IMG/VR virus record: IMGVR_UViG_3300003873_000002
Coordinates: 64,001 to 128,000 of that record
From: a virus
Direction: 5' to 3' (one strand)
DNA length: 64,000 nt
The notes under the pieces are model-generated. The model was not told the DNA's origin, did not search any database, and worked only from the letters and a program-made list of their open reading frames with translations. Of the stretch, positions 49,823 to 60,003 are shown in pieces. The position numbers and the translations under genes were made by a program. Numbering within the stretch: position 1 is the stretch's first letter; each line of letters opens with the position of its first letter.

Positions 49823-49886
49823 TAAAATAAACAACTAGAAAATAAACTGAAAACAAACCAAAATATTTTAATTAAGTGGAGAGAAA

Positions 49887-52226
49887 ATGCATAATATTAA
49901 AGTTAGAAAGAGAGATGGTAGTTTAATAGATATAGACTACGAAAAGATCCATAAATCTATCGCATTTTGTACGAATGGATTAAGCAATGTTTCTATATCA
50001 GAAATTGCAATGAACTGCAAAATTAATTTTTTCGATGGAATAACAACAAAAGAAATACATCAAAATATCATTAAATCTGCGAAGGATTTAATATCTGAAA
50101 AAACACCCAATTATCAAATAGTAGCAGGAAGAGCACTAAATATTGATATCAGGAAAAATGTATATAACCAATATACACCACCATCATTATATTCAATTAT
50201 CACTAAAAACGTGGAAGATGGATGGTACGATAGTGAAATACTAGAAATGTATAGTGAGGATGAAATTAATGAACTTGATAGTTATATTAATCATTCACTT
50301 GATGAAAATTTCACATTCAGTGCGTGGAAACAATTAACATCGAAGTATCTAGTGCAAAATAGAACGCAACGAGATGATTTTAAAGAAACACCACAAATCA
50401 TGTATATGTTAATTGGTATGACACTTTTTGGAAAATACAAAGAAAAACGATTAAAGTATGTTAAGTCATTTTACAATTTAACTGCTGTTAAACAAACACT
50501 TGGTTTGCCTACACCAATTCTAGCTGGGGTGAGAACACCAACAAGACAATTTAGTTCGTGTGTGCTTGGAAAATGTGGTGATAACCTGCAGTCAATTTCA
50601 GCATCAAGTAAATCAATTATTGATTATGTTTCAAAACGAGCTGGTATCGGTTGGGATATGTCTGCCATTAGACCGATTGGGTCGTCTATTAGAAATGGAG
50701 AAGCGTATCACACTGGTATTATCCCATTTATCAAGCATATGAATTCTGCTGTGCAAAGTTGCTCACAGGGTGGAATCAGAGGTGGTGCAGCAACCATTTA
50801 TTATCCTATTTGGCATTATGAAGTAGAATCATTGATTGTTTTAAAGAATAATAAGGGAACTGATGAAAACCGAGTAAGAACATTAGATCATGGATTTGCA
50901 ATCAATAAACACTTCTATGATTGCGCTATAAATGGTGATGATTACTATTTGTTCGATGTCAAAGATACACCTGGTTTATATGAAGCATTTTATTCAGCAG
51001 ACCAAACCGAATTTGTTAATTTATATAATAAATATTCAAAAAAACGGAAAATCAGAAAACAAAAAGTAAATGCAATGGAGTTACTTACACGAATTGAAAT
51101 GGAACGTGTATCTACTGGAAGAGTTTATATGATTCACCCAGATTTAATGAACTCACAGACACCCTTTATTAAAGATAAAATTTATCAATCGAATCTTTGT
51201 CTTGAAATAGCATTACCAACTGCGGATCTTACTAAATGGTCATCATTGACAACAGAAGAGTGTTTGGAATTAGGCATCTATAATAAAGATATGTCTGTAG
51301 ATGATTTTATTGAAAAATTCGGCATTGTTTCACTTTGCACATTATCAAACTTTAATTTTGGCAATATCAAATCAACAAAGGATTTTGAAGAGCTTGCTAA
51401 TATTTCTGTGCGCGCATTGGATGAATTAATTGACTACCAGTATTATCCAATGATCGCAGCTGAAGTCCCTACAAAATCATTCAGATCTGTTGGGATTGGT
51501 GTTAATGGCCTTGCCCATTTTATTGCAAAGCATAAGACTAAATATGGGAAACAATCTGCTGAATTGGTCGATGAATATATGGAAGCAATGAATTATTATC
51601 TTGTTAAAACATCGGTCGAATTGGCTAAGGAAAAGGGTTCATTTGATTGGATTGACCGCACTATTTATAAAACAGATAAACCATTTATTTGGGAACACAG
51701 AAAAGCAAAAATTGATAATATTATACCAATGAAAACCAGAATGGATTGGGAATCATTAAGGGCAGATATTAAAAAATATGGGCAACGCCATTCGACACTG
51801 ATTGCACATATGCCGTCTGAAAGCAATTCTGTTGTGTTCAATGCGACTAATGGTGTGGAACCCATTAGACAAAAAATGACCGTTAAGGGTAACGGTGATA
51901 ACGTCACAAAGCAAGTTTATCCAACGCATTTAAAATATGATTATTTATGGGAAATGGGTGATATGCGGCGCTATATTGAAACACTTGCTGTTATTCAAAA
52001 ATGGACAGACCAATCAATCTCAACCAATATGTCATATGATGCAGAACATTTTGATGATGGGACAATTCCACTTAAAATATTACTTATGGATATTTTGACT
52101 GCGTATTCATATGGGATTAAAACAATTTATTATCATAATAGTAAAGTTAATAATGAAAATAATACAAATAGTGAAAATAATACAAATAACGAAGATGAAG
52201 GCGAATGTGAGAGTTGCAAACTATGA
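49887..52226 (+). CDS. nrdA: Ribonucleoside-diphosphate reductase class Ia alpha subunit
   Basis: ATP cone (VRKRDG), PTPILAGVRTPTRQFSSC, SCSQGGIRGG, QSNLCLEI, C-terminal CESCKL. Confidence 0.97.
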   Translation: MHNIKVRKRDGSLIDIDYEKIHKSIAFCTNGLSNVSISEIAMNCKINFFDGITTKEIHQNIIKSAKDLISEKTPNYQIVAGRALNIDIRKNVYNQYTPPSLYSIITKNVEDGWYDSEILEMYSEDEINELDSYINHSLDENFTFSAWKQLTSKYLVQNRTQRDDFKETPQIMYMLIGMTLFGKYKEKRLKYVKSFYNLTAVKQTLGLPTPILAGVRTPTRQFSSCVLGKCGDNLQSISASSKSIIDYVSKRAGIGWDMSAIRPIGSSIRNGEAYHTGIIPFIKHMNSAVQSCSQGGIRGGAATIYYPIWHYEVESLIVLKNNKGTDENRVRTLDHGFAINKHFYDCAINGDDYYLFDVKDTPGLYEAFYSADQTEFVNLYNKYSKKRKIRKQKVNAMELLTRIEMERVSTGRVYMIHPDLMNSQTPFIKDKIYQSNLCLEIALPTADLTKWSSLTTEECLELGIYNKDMSVDDFIEKFGIVSLCTLSNFNFGNIKSTKDFEELANISVRALDELIDYQYYPMIAAEVPTKSFRSVGIGVNGLAHFIAKHKTKYGKQSAELVDEYMEAMNYYLVKTSVELAKEKGSFDWIDRTIYKTDKPFIWEHRKAKIDNIIPMKTRMDWESLRADIKKYGQRHSTLIAHMPSESNSVVFNATNGVEPIRQKMTVKGNGDNVTKQVYPTHLKYDYLWEMGDMRRYIETLAVIQKWTDQSISTNMSYDAEHFDDGTIPLKILLMDILTAYSYGIKTIYYHNSKVNNENNTNSENNTNNEDEGECESCKL

Positions 52227-53335
52227 AAAATTATTCCACAAGTACATTTAGTAAAAAAAATACATCAAATTTAACTGATACAATGTTTCTTTCTAATAAT
52301 GGTATTGGTGTATCAAGACACGAACATGTTAAATACCAATCAATGTACACAAGACATAAAAAAATGAAATCATTGTTTTGGTCACCTGAAGAGATTGATT
52401 TAACAGCAGATAAATATGATTTTCAAAAAATGCCTGAGTATCAACAAGGTATTTTTACAGATGTGTTATCGCGAGCAGTTCTATTGGATTCTGTCCAAAG
52501 TAGAAGCCCGGTAGAAGCCCTTTTACCTATATGCACGTTGCCTGAATTAGAATCCCAAATTTTAACATGGGGTTTTTTTGAAAACATACATGCAGAAACA
52601 TATAGCCATATTATTAAAAACATATATAATAATCCGACAGAAGTATTTGACGATATTACAAAATCTACCGAAATTTTGAAGTGTGCTGATTCAATTACAG
52701 ACCATTACGATAAATTAATAGAGCTTAATGCAAAACGGATACTGGCAACACCAGATTATGATTTATTTGAGCATAAAAAAATGTTGTATATTACAATGCA
52801 CAGTATTCAGGCGTTAGAATCACTACGTTTTTATTCTGCTTTTGCTGTCATGTTTGCATTTGCTGAGAATGATACTATGATTGGGTCCGCAAACGAATTG
52901 AAATTAATCGCCAGGGATGAATCATTTCATGTTGGCATAACATCTGAAATTATTAAGCTATTGCCTAAGGACGATAGTGATTATATTGAAATTGCAGAAA
53001 TTTGTGCAGATGATGTCCATGCACTTTATAACGATGTTATTTCACAAGAAATTGAGTGGATTAACCATATTTTTAGAAATGGCTCTATGTTGGGTTTAAA
53101 CGCAGAAATTTTAAAGAGTTATATGCTATATATAGGATATCAAAAATTCAGACACTTTAAATTGGATACATCAAAATTTGGATTTGAAGTGGTTAAGAAA
53201 AACCCATTGAGATGGATTGATGTTTGGCTAGATACAACCAACCAACAAGCTGCACCACAAGAAACAGAAATACTAAATTATCAACAAGGTGTCGTAAAAT
53301 TAGGTGGAACAGATGATATTAAAATTGAACTATAG
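52214..53335 (+). CDS. nrdB: Ribonucleotide reductase class Ia beta subunit
   Basis: FWSPEEIDL, LLDSVQSR, FENIHAETY, LESLRFYSAFA, IARDESFH, QAAPQETE. Confidence 0.95.
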   Translation: MQTMKNYSTSTFSKKNTSNLTDTMFLSNNGIGVSRHEHVKYQSMYTRHKKMKSLFWSPEEIDLTADKYDFQKMPEYQQGIFTDVLSRAVLLDSVQSRSPVEALLPICTLPELESQILTWGFFENIHAETYSHIIKNIYNNPTEVFDDITKSTEILKCADSITDHYDKLIELNAKRILATPDYDLFEHKKMLYITMHSIQALESLRFYSAFAVMFAFAENDTMIGSANELKLIARDESFHVGITSEIIKLLPKDDSDYIEIAEICADDVHALYNDVISQEIEWINHIFRNGSMLGLNAEILKSYMLYIGYQKFRHFKLDTSKFGFEVVKKNPLRWIDVWLDTTNQQAAPQETEILNYQQGVVKLGGTDDIKIEL

Positions 53336-53344
53336 GAGTGAAAC

Positions 53345-53560
53345 ATGATTGAGGTTTATATAAAAGCAAATTGTCCAAAATGTGTAGAAGTAAAACACTA
53401 TCTTAAAAACAGAGAAATTGAGTTCAGTGAAATTGAGTTAACACAAGATAATACAGAGTCCATCATTAAAAAGACTGGGGCGAGAGTGGCACCAGTTGTA
53501 TTAATTGATGGTAATTATATCATGAATAATGATATTTTAAATGGGGTTGTTAATTTATAA
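53345..53560 (+). CDS. nrdC: Glutaredoxin
   Basis: CPKC active site; APVVLIDG; follows nrdAB. Confidence 0.85.
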   Translation: MIEVYIKANCPKCVEVKHYLKNREIEFSEIELTQDNTESIIKKTGARVAPVVLIDGNYIMNNDILNGVVNL

Positions 53561-53566
53561 ATCACA

Positions 53567-53599
53567 TAATGGGTGCGTATATGTATTATGCACTCATTA
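53567..53599 (+). terminator. Hairpin after the nrd operon (possible terminator)
   Basis: TAATGGGTGCGTA-N7-TATGCACTCATTA; weak U tract. Confidence 0.45.
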
Positions 53600-53714
53600 A
53601 TTGATATAACCATCAATAAACACAATAAACACAATAAACACAATAAACACAATAAATTAAATAATATCTAGTAATAAACACATATAAACCATGTGAACAC
53701 ATAAGGACGCAATA

Positions 53715-54332
53715 ATGAAACAGCTCAGTGCAGTGGATATAAAAATCAATAATTTTCTTCTTGAGGAAATTACAGATGATATCAGCAAAGCATTAAAACA
53801 CGAAGAGTTTATTGATGTATTTGAAAAATTCAGTGATAAAACAACATTTAAACTCTTAGAATTGCTTGATGACATGTCATCATACAAACAATTGAATCTT
53901 AATGTAGAAGACCATACAATTCAACAGTTAAGAAAAATTACAGAGTCATTAGTTGATTATAGAAAAGACGATAATACACTGTTTAATGCAATTGCAACTA
54001 TTTTTAAAAATGTGACTAAAATTGAAGGCAAATTATGTGGTTATATCTCAAGTGCAACTAAAAGAACATTAATGAAACTACACGACATACCAATTGGTGC
54101 TACATCACGTGAAATATTTGATTTTTTGTTTAATCTTTTTAGTATATTATTTAAATATAAATTTAAGCATAGTGAGTTAAATAACACTATAAAAAGCAAA
54201 CAACTTCGTGCAAAATTTTATAAAACGGTTGCGTTTAAGATTATGGATGAATATTATACTTCGCTAACACAGCATAATTTAAAAGATCAGATTGAAACAG
54301 ACATTTCGTTCGGTTGGAGAAAACCAAATTAA
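53715..54332 (+). CDS. Hypothetical protein
   Basis: 205 aa; AAGGA RBS; preceded by ATTAAATAA. Confidence 0.55.
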   Translation: MKQLSAVDIKINNFLLEEITDDISKALKHEEFIDVFEKFSDKTTFKLLELLDDMSSYKQLNLNVEDHTIQQLRKITESLVDYRKDDNTLFNAIATIFKNVTKIEGKLCGYISSATKRTLMKLHDIPIGATSREIFDFLFNLFSILFKYKFKHSELNNTIKSKQLRAKFYKTVAFKIMDEYYTSLTQHNLKDQIETDISFGWRKPN

Positions 54333-54945
54333 AAAGTTAAATGGTTTAAATATAACATATAATGCATTGAGCGAAAAGTTCAATGATATTTATATTATTT
54401 CTGACACACATTTTATGCATGATAATATTATTAAATATGCAAATAGACCCGCTAGTCATAATCAAATAATGTTCGAAAAATGGAATGAAACCGTTAAAGA
54501 AAATGATTTAATCATCCATGTTGGTGACCTTTCACATGGGTTATATAAATACCATAATGGTGATGAAATATTACACGAAATTTGCACAAATCTAAACGGC
54601 AAAAAAATCCTATTAAGAGGCAATCATGATAGAAACCATGATGAGTATTATAATAACATGGGATTTATAGTCAAAGATTATATTTATATGTCAGATATAA
54701 ACACTATTATAAATCATTATCCACCGATTAGTGATACCTCCAGCAGTATGTATATAAAACAAAAACAGATTGATTACAATACACAATTAATGAAACAGGT
54801 TGATTATAAATACTTGATTCATGGCCACCAGCACAATAACACAAGACAAAATCACAAAAATTGTTTTAACGCCACTGTTGAAAGAATAAATTATACCCCG
54901 ATCAATATCACAGAAATTTTTAAAATACTTCAAATCGACACGTAG
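54292..54945 (+). CDS. Calcineurin-like metallophosphoesterase
   Basis: ISDTHFMH, HVGDL, LRGNHD, NHYP, IHGHQH. Confidence 0.9.
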   Translation: MKQTFRSVGENQIKKLNGLNITYNALSEKFNDIYIISDTHFMHDNIIKYANRPASHNQIMFEKWNETVKENDLIIHVGDLSHGLYKYHNGDEILHEICTNLNGKKILLRGNHDRNHDEYYNNMGFIVKDYIYMSDINTIINHYPPISDTSSSMYIKQKQIDYNTQLMKQVDYKYLIHGHQHNNTRQNHKNCFNATVERINYTPINITEIFKILQIDT

Positions 54946-55206
54946 GTGTCATTCTTTGCCATTCTTTGCCATATATGACATTATGCCAGTCAAACAATAT
55001 AATCTAATTAATCCCCATCAAACTATAATTGTTTGTACATTATAAACACATTATAAACACATTATAAACACATTATAAACACATTATAAAACTCAGTACA
55101 ATGCGCTATATGCGATGATATTATTTCATAGATGGTTTTATGTCAATTTAATAAAAACATACCGTTAATCTCATTAAAATAAAAAAATAAAAAATAAAAT
55201 AAACTG

Positions 55207-55235
55207 TTGACATTTTAATAATAATGATTTATAAT
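55207..55235 (+). promoter_or_regulatory. Consensus sigma70 promoter
   Basis: TTGACA-N17-TATAAT with upstream A-tracts. Confidence 0.8.
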
Positions 55236-55278
55236 AACTATAAATTAATAAAAACCATAAAAATAACAAAGATGTAAT

Positions 55279-55750
55279 ATGAAATGTTATAAAAACTTCA
55301 GCGGCGATAATGTTGTATTGTTTAGAAATAAAACTAGATTGGTTTAAACAAAAACTCTTATGATAATTATAATGTGGAATGCGTTGAATTTGGAATTGAC
55401 ATCGATTTTGGAATTCAAATGCACACATAGATGTTGGTAATATGAAGTTAAACCAAATAACACTTTGTTTTCTGGCGGTTTAGGTAGTTATTTGTCAATA
55501 CATGATAAGGGTTTAAAAGGGTGTGGTGAATATAACAAACATATGTCGTGTATTATGATGATTCAGGCTTTTTAAATACCTTTTAATATTCTGGATATTT
55601 ATAAATCTGGTGATGAGTATAACATTTCTAGCAATGTGAAGAGCCTATTGAATACCCATTAAATCTTATGAAAAACTCAATAATTATTTGGGAAAATCAT
55701 TCAGATATTTTCACGAACCAGATTATAGTAAAGATTTTTTGATGTGTTGA
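55279..55750 (+). pseudogene. Probable degraded gene
   Basis: ~470 nt without a long plus-strand ORF after a perfect promoter; short protein-like fragments in shifting frames (MKCYKNFSGDNVVLFRN; NVECVEFGIDIDFG; YEVKPNNTLFSGGLGSYLSIHDKG). Confidence 0.35.
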
Positions 55751-55776
55751 TTTGTATGTGGGAAAATATTCAATAG

Positions 55777-55836
55777 TTGCAAAAAGAAATAAAATAGTGT
55801 AAAATAGTGTAAAATAGTGTAAAATAGTGTAAAATA
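55777..55836 (+). promoter_or_regulatory. parM promoter overlapped by (AAAATAGTGT)x4 tandem repeat
   Basis: TTGCAA-N17-TAAAAT; the repeat reiterates the -10 box. Confidence 0.5.
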
Positions 55837-55875
55837 AGTACAGATTTAAATTATTAACAACGAGCAGGAGTAATT

Positions 55876-56781
55876 ATGGAAGATGAAATCAGTATCGACA
55901 TTGGGTATGGTCACTGTAAGGTATTATATGCGGGTAAATTAGTAAAATTTCCAACAGCGATTAGTTATGCAAATGATTTAGGTATTTCGTGTGGGGAAAT
56001 GAATTCTTATGAGTTCGAAGGTAAACAATATAGCGTTGGTTCGGACGCTTCTGATGAATCATTTAGTACAACTGATTACAAATTGCTATATAAGTTCGCG
56101 CCATTAATTGTTTTTCATATTTTAAGTAAATTTGATAGAGTTAATGCTGACACACCTATCAATATTAATACAGGATTATCAATTGTTGATTGGGTCCATA
56201 AAGATGGATTTATTGATAGACTATCATGTATTGAAGTAAACGGTAAAAAAATTGATTTGGATGTTACGTTAATCCCACAAGGGGCTGGAGTTGCAGTAGA
56301 TTGGGTAGAGAATCAAAATAATTCTATTTACCCGAACAAACTTTCTGTTATTGATATCGGATTTAACACCATTAATCTAATTTATATGGAAAAAGGTAGA
56401 TTAATCAGACAAAAATCAAAACCATATCCTGGGCATGGTATTGTTTCAATTATTAATACATTCTCGACATACCTAGAAAACAAATATTCAATGAATTTTA
56501 GTCAGCAAGAAGCTAATGATATTTTCCTCGATGGTGAATTCTTCTACAATGGTGAAGACCAAGAAGATGTTAAATCGCACATCAAAACAATCAAGGAGCA
56601 ATTTGTTTCAAAACTTTTCAATACTATTTTGGTTGACGCTAAAAAAACATTTGCAACATCAAATGTAGTGCTTATTGGAGGTGGTGGCGCTTATATGCTC
56701 GATGACATCCCAATGCCACCAAATGTTGAATTTGTCGCTAAAGATTATGAATACTCGAATGTCCGTGGATATGCGATTTAA
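55876..56781 (+). CDS. parM: ParM/StbA-family actin-like ATPase
   Basis: Phosphate 1 IDIGYGHCK, TGL, connect 1 PQGAG, phosphate 2 VIDIGFNTIN, adenosine LIGGGGA, connect 2 YSNVRGY. Confidence 0.85.
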   Translation: MEDEISIDIGYGHCKVLYAGKLVKFPTAISYANDLGISCGEMNSYEFEGKQYSVGSDASDESFSTTDYKLLYKFAPLIVFHILSKFDRVNADTPININTGLSIVDWVHKDGFIDRLSCIEVNGKKIDLDVTLIPQGAGVAVDWVENQNNSIYPNKLSVIDIGFNTINLIYMEKGRLIRQKSKPYPGHGIVSIINTFSTYLENKYSMNFSQQEANDIFLDGEFFYNGEDQEDVKSHIKTIKEQFVSKLFNTILVDAKKTFATSNVVLIGGGGAYMLDDIPMPPNVEFVAKDYEYSNVRGYAI

Positions 56782-56838
56782 ACACATTAAACACATTAAA
56801 CACATTAAACACATTAAACACATTAAACACATTAAACA
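56778..56838. repeat. Tandem repeat (TTAAACACA)x~6.8
   Basis: Fills the gap between parM and the next gene. Confidence 0.95.
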
Positions 56839-56849
56839 GGAAATAAATT

Positions 56850-57152
56850 ATGCAAACAGAAACAAAAGAAATTACTATTAAACTTGATGGGAATTCAATT
56901 GATGTTTTAAAACAAGTTGATAGTATGTACAGAGAATCAATCATTAATATCGGAATTCGTATGATTTCCTTGACACCATATTATAAATTTTTATCTGGAA
57001 AGGATGATGTAGCTGACATTAATGCATTGACATCACTAGATACAAACTGCAATACCAATGCACTACTCGCTAGTGAAAAATCACAAGAAGTTGTGAACGA
57101 AGCGCCATCAAAATTAAAAAGGAAAACAAAAAGCTCATGGGACGATTTATAA
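56850..57152 (+). CDS. ParR-like adaptor (putative ribbon-helix-helix)
   Basis: 100 aa directly after parM; EITIKLD beta strand plus two helices; disordered tail ending SSWDDL. Confidence 0.55.
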   Translation: MQTETKEITIKLDGNSIDVLKQVDSMYRESIINIGIRMISLTPYYKFLSGKDDVADINALTSLDTNCNTNALLASEKSQEVVNEAPSKLKRKTKSSWDDL

Positions 57153-57271
57153 TGGATTTATACCATAAAATAATGTATATGATAGCATTAGGGTGGGTTA
57201 TTTTGCTGTTTTTGTTATTGGTTATTAAACCAATCGATAAATCAACACAATATTTCGAGGAGCATAAATGA
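57152..57271 (+). CDS. Small membrane peptide (39 aa, below track cutoff)
   Basis: MDLYHKIMYMIALGWVILLFLLLVIKPIDKSTQYFEEHK; TAATG and ATGA overlaps with both neighbours. Confidence 0.55.
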   Translation: MDLYHKIMYMIALGWVILLFLLLVIKPIDKSTQYFEEHK

Positions 57272-57834
57272 AAATAATTTTATTAGCAGGCCCTAAGGGG
57301 ATTGGTAAAGATTTTGTTGGTGAATATATGGTTAACACATATGGATTTAAGCGTATTGCATTTGCAGACAATGTAAAAAAAGTAATTGCAAAAACGCTTG
57401 ATCTTAATTTAAGTGAAATTGATTATTTAAAAAATAATGAACAAATGAGAGTTACTAGCATAGAAACGACTAGTGGGCTTAATATGCGCACAATTATTCA
57501 GCGATTCGCTACTGATGCAATGCAATCTGTATTTGGTGAAACTGTTTGGGTCAATGCATTGAAACGAGATATATATAATTTAATTGGTGATTATAATATT
57601 GTTGTTACTGATTTTCGATTTCCACACGAATATGAAGAACTAATTAGAAGCGGATTCAGCGATGACATTGTAACAATAAAAATTACTGATAGATTTAACA
57701 GTTCAAGTGATTCAAGTCATATTAGTGAAAATGCGCTTAAAGATTTTAAATTTGATTATACATTTGTAAATAATAAAGACAATTTTGCAAGACGGGAACT
57801 TGATGATATTGTTATAGATGCGGTTTATGAATAA
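57268..57834 (+). CDS. Deoxynucleoside monophosphate kinase (T4 gp1-like)
   Basis: GPKGIGKD, AFADNVK, R.IIQ.F.T, VVTDFRFPHE, HISE. Confidence 0.9.
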   Translation: MKIILLAGPKGIGKDFVGEYMVNTYGFKRIAFADNVKKVIAKTLDLNLSEIDYLKNNEQMRVTSIETTSGLNMRTIIQRFATDAMQSVFGETVWVNALKRDIYNLIGDYNIVVTDFRFPHEYEELIRSGFSDDIVTIKITDRFNSSSDSSHISENALKDFKFDYTFVNNKDNFARRELDDIVIDAVYE

Positions 57835-57930
57835 CCATAAAAAACATATAAATCATTGTAGAATTGTTGAATGCAAAAATATTGGTAAGTGGACTACGAA
57901 TGATTTAATTATCAAACTATAAGGGAAAAT

Positions 57931-58257
57931 ATGAAATCGTGTATCATAACAAATGAACAATTAGAAATTAACAAGAAAATTTTATTAGAAGCAAAAAACG
58001 AATTTGACCGAGAAGAGTTTCACGATTTTTATAATAATGTAATGGAGTTTAAGCATGAAAATCATTTAGAGACTTTACTAGAGGCAATTATTGGGTACGC
58101 AGAAGAACACAACCTTGATATGTTGGATGTTGCTGATGTTATTAAAAAAGACAATACAATGTCAGACATTCTTACATCAGATTTAATTAAAAATAAACAA
58201 ATCAAATTTGTTAATAAAGATGATAATATTATTTATCAAGTCGAGGAGTGGATATAA
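57931..58257 (+). CDS. Late transcription coactivator (T4 gp33-like)
   Basis: LLEAIIGYAEEHNLDMLDVADVI motif; adjacent to gp59-like gene as in T4. Confidence 0.65.
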   Translation: MKSCIITNEQLEINKKILLEAKNEFDREEFHDFYNNVMEFKHENHLETLLEAIIGYAEEHNLDMLDVADVIKKDNTMSDILTSDLIKNKQIKFVNKDDNIIYQVEEWI

Positions 58258-58833
58258 ATGATTTCATTTGAATCACAATATAATATCGCATTTGGTATTT
58301 TTTTGACATTCGATAAGAAACTAAAACGCCCAAAATTAAAAGTCAAACATAGTAATGAAGTGATCCAAAAATATGCATTGATGTTTCCATATATTAAGTT
58401 TGAAAGCACGACACGCAATTTATTTATAAGCACATGTCTTTTTATAATGTTTAAAAGGACACCGTCATCGTTTTACGCTATGATGGAAAGATTGAGAGAT
58501 GTTGACCCCAAAGATGTGCGCGAGTTTTTATATGAAATCAAATCTTACCAACAGAATATACAATTAGATATTGATTACATTATGTCTATTTATCAAAACA
58601 ATGTCGACACCAATGACGTATTTAACGAATACCAACGCAAGAAAATCCATTTTTATACGTTGTGGTTTTACATAAAGTCGCTCGAAAAACATGATCCAGA
58701 AAGGGTTAATTTTAAAAACTCAAGAATACATATGATTATTTATAATAAACTAAGCAGTTTAATGCTTTTTTTGAAATTTAAACCGGAATCCATCGAAAAA
58801 ATAGAAATGATGTATAATACGATGGAGCTATAA
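58258..58833 (+). CDS. Putative helicase loader (T4 gp59-like)
   Basis: Position after gp33-like gene, ~190 aa size, YQRKKIHFYT and Y.KL....FLK segments; weak similarity. Confidence 0.45.
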   Translation: MISFESQYNIAFGIFLTFDKKLKRPKLKVKHSNEVIQKYALMFPYIKFESTTRNLFISTCLFIMFKRTPSSFYAMMERLRDVDPKDVREFLYEIKSYQQNIQLDIDYIMSIYQNNVDTNDVFNEYQRKKIHFYTLWFYIKSLEKHDPERVNFKNSRIHMIIYNKLSSLMLFLKFKPESIEKIEMMYNTMEL

Positions 58834-58890
58834 TTGGGTCTCTTAAAGTATTCAAAAAATATTCAAAAAATATTCAAAAGCATTTAATTG

Positions 58891-58919
58891 TTGACAAATA
58901 TAGTTAAAGATGTTATAAT
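58891..58919 (+). promoter_or_regulatory. Consensus sigma70 promoter
   Basis: TTGACA-N17-TATAAT with TG extension. Confidence 0.8.
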
Positions 58920-58991
58920 ATAACAATAGAGCAGAATAGAACAGAATAGAACAGAATAGAACAGAATAGAACAACAGGAGAAATAAAAATA

Positions 58992-59957
58992 ATGTGTACA
59001 CCGATGAAAAAAATTAACGAGCGTGAATTTATTTGGGCCCAAAAGTATAGACCCCAAACTGTAGATGATTTAATTTTTCCTGATAAAATTAAGAAAAAAT
59101 TTCAATCATATGTCCAATCAGGCGAAATTCCAAATATCGCATTATGGGGTTCAATTCCAGGTTCGGGTAAAACATCTGCGGCGACTGCGATTATTACAGA
59201 TCTTGATTGTGAAGTGCTATGGATTAATGGGTCAAGAGAAAGAGGTATTGATGCGGTTAGAGTAAATATCACAAATTTTGCTTCAACAAATTCAATTGAT
59301 GGAAGAGCAAAGGTGGTAATTATTGATGAAGCGGATCAATTAACTGCCGATGCACAAAAGGCATTGAGAGGCATTATCGAAGAAGTTTCTGTATCATGCA
59401 GATTTATTTTTACTGGTAATTACAAAGATAATATGATCGATCCTTTAATCAAACGCTTTATCTCATATGATTTGGATGAGTTATATCAAAGTGAATATAA
59501 ACAAGAACTTGGTTTGCAGATTTATCATAGATTGGTGTATATCCTTGAAAACGAAAATATTAGTTATGCACAAGATGATATCAAATCTATCATCACTAAT
59601 ATGTATCCATCCACAAGAGATATGATTATGATGTTACAAGAATCGTCATATGGTGGCCAATTAGAAGTCAAAAACACAATCGATACTTTATCACATATTA
59701 AACACGCATTCGAATTAATTAAACAAAATAATTTTCCAGCATTGCGTTTAATGTTAAATGAAGTTACTATGGTTGATACGTTTATTACACAAGTTTTCAA
59801 ACACATCGATGAATATTTTGCCGTTGAGTCAATCCCTAAAGTAATTATGTTATTATCAGATTGTCAGGATAGTGCTAGAAATGCAAAAAACCCAACCATT
59901 ACAATTACTGCACTATTTACGAGAATAATGGGTGACAAAAGCATCATTTTGTTATAA
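58992..59957 (+). CDS. Sliding clamp loader large subunit (T4 gp44-like)
   Basis: WAQKYRPQTVDD, PGSGKT, IIDEAD, AQKALRG, SCRFIFT. Confidence 0.92.
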   Translation: MCTPMKKINEREFIWAQKYRPQTVDDLIFPDKIKKKFQSYVQSGEIPNIALWGSIPGSGKTSAATAIITDLDCEVLWINGSRERGIDAVRVNITNFASTNSIDGRAKVVIIDEADQLTADAQKALRGIIEEVSVSCRFIFTGNYKDNMIDPLIKRFISYDLDELYQSEYKQELGLQIYHRLVYILENENISYAQDDIKSIITNMYPSTRDMIMMLQESSYGGQLEVKNTIDTLSHIKHAFELIKQNNFPALRLMLNEVTMVDTFITQVFKHIDEYFAVESIPKVIMLLSDCQDSARNAKNPTITITALFTRIMGDKSIILL

Positions 59958-60003
59958 AATATAATAAAATTCAAATAAAGTATAATAAAAGGAAGAGTTT
60001 GAT

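Noticed and set aside
47762-53335. Introns or inteins in ligase, nrdA or nrdB
   Set aside because: ORFs are continuous and of normal length; the short insertions lack intein motifs
56675-56944. ORFs with HIKHIK / FNVFNV repeats
   Set aside because: Products of reading through the 9-nt intergenic tandem repeat
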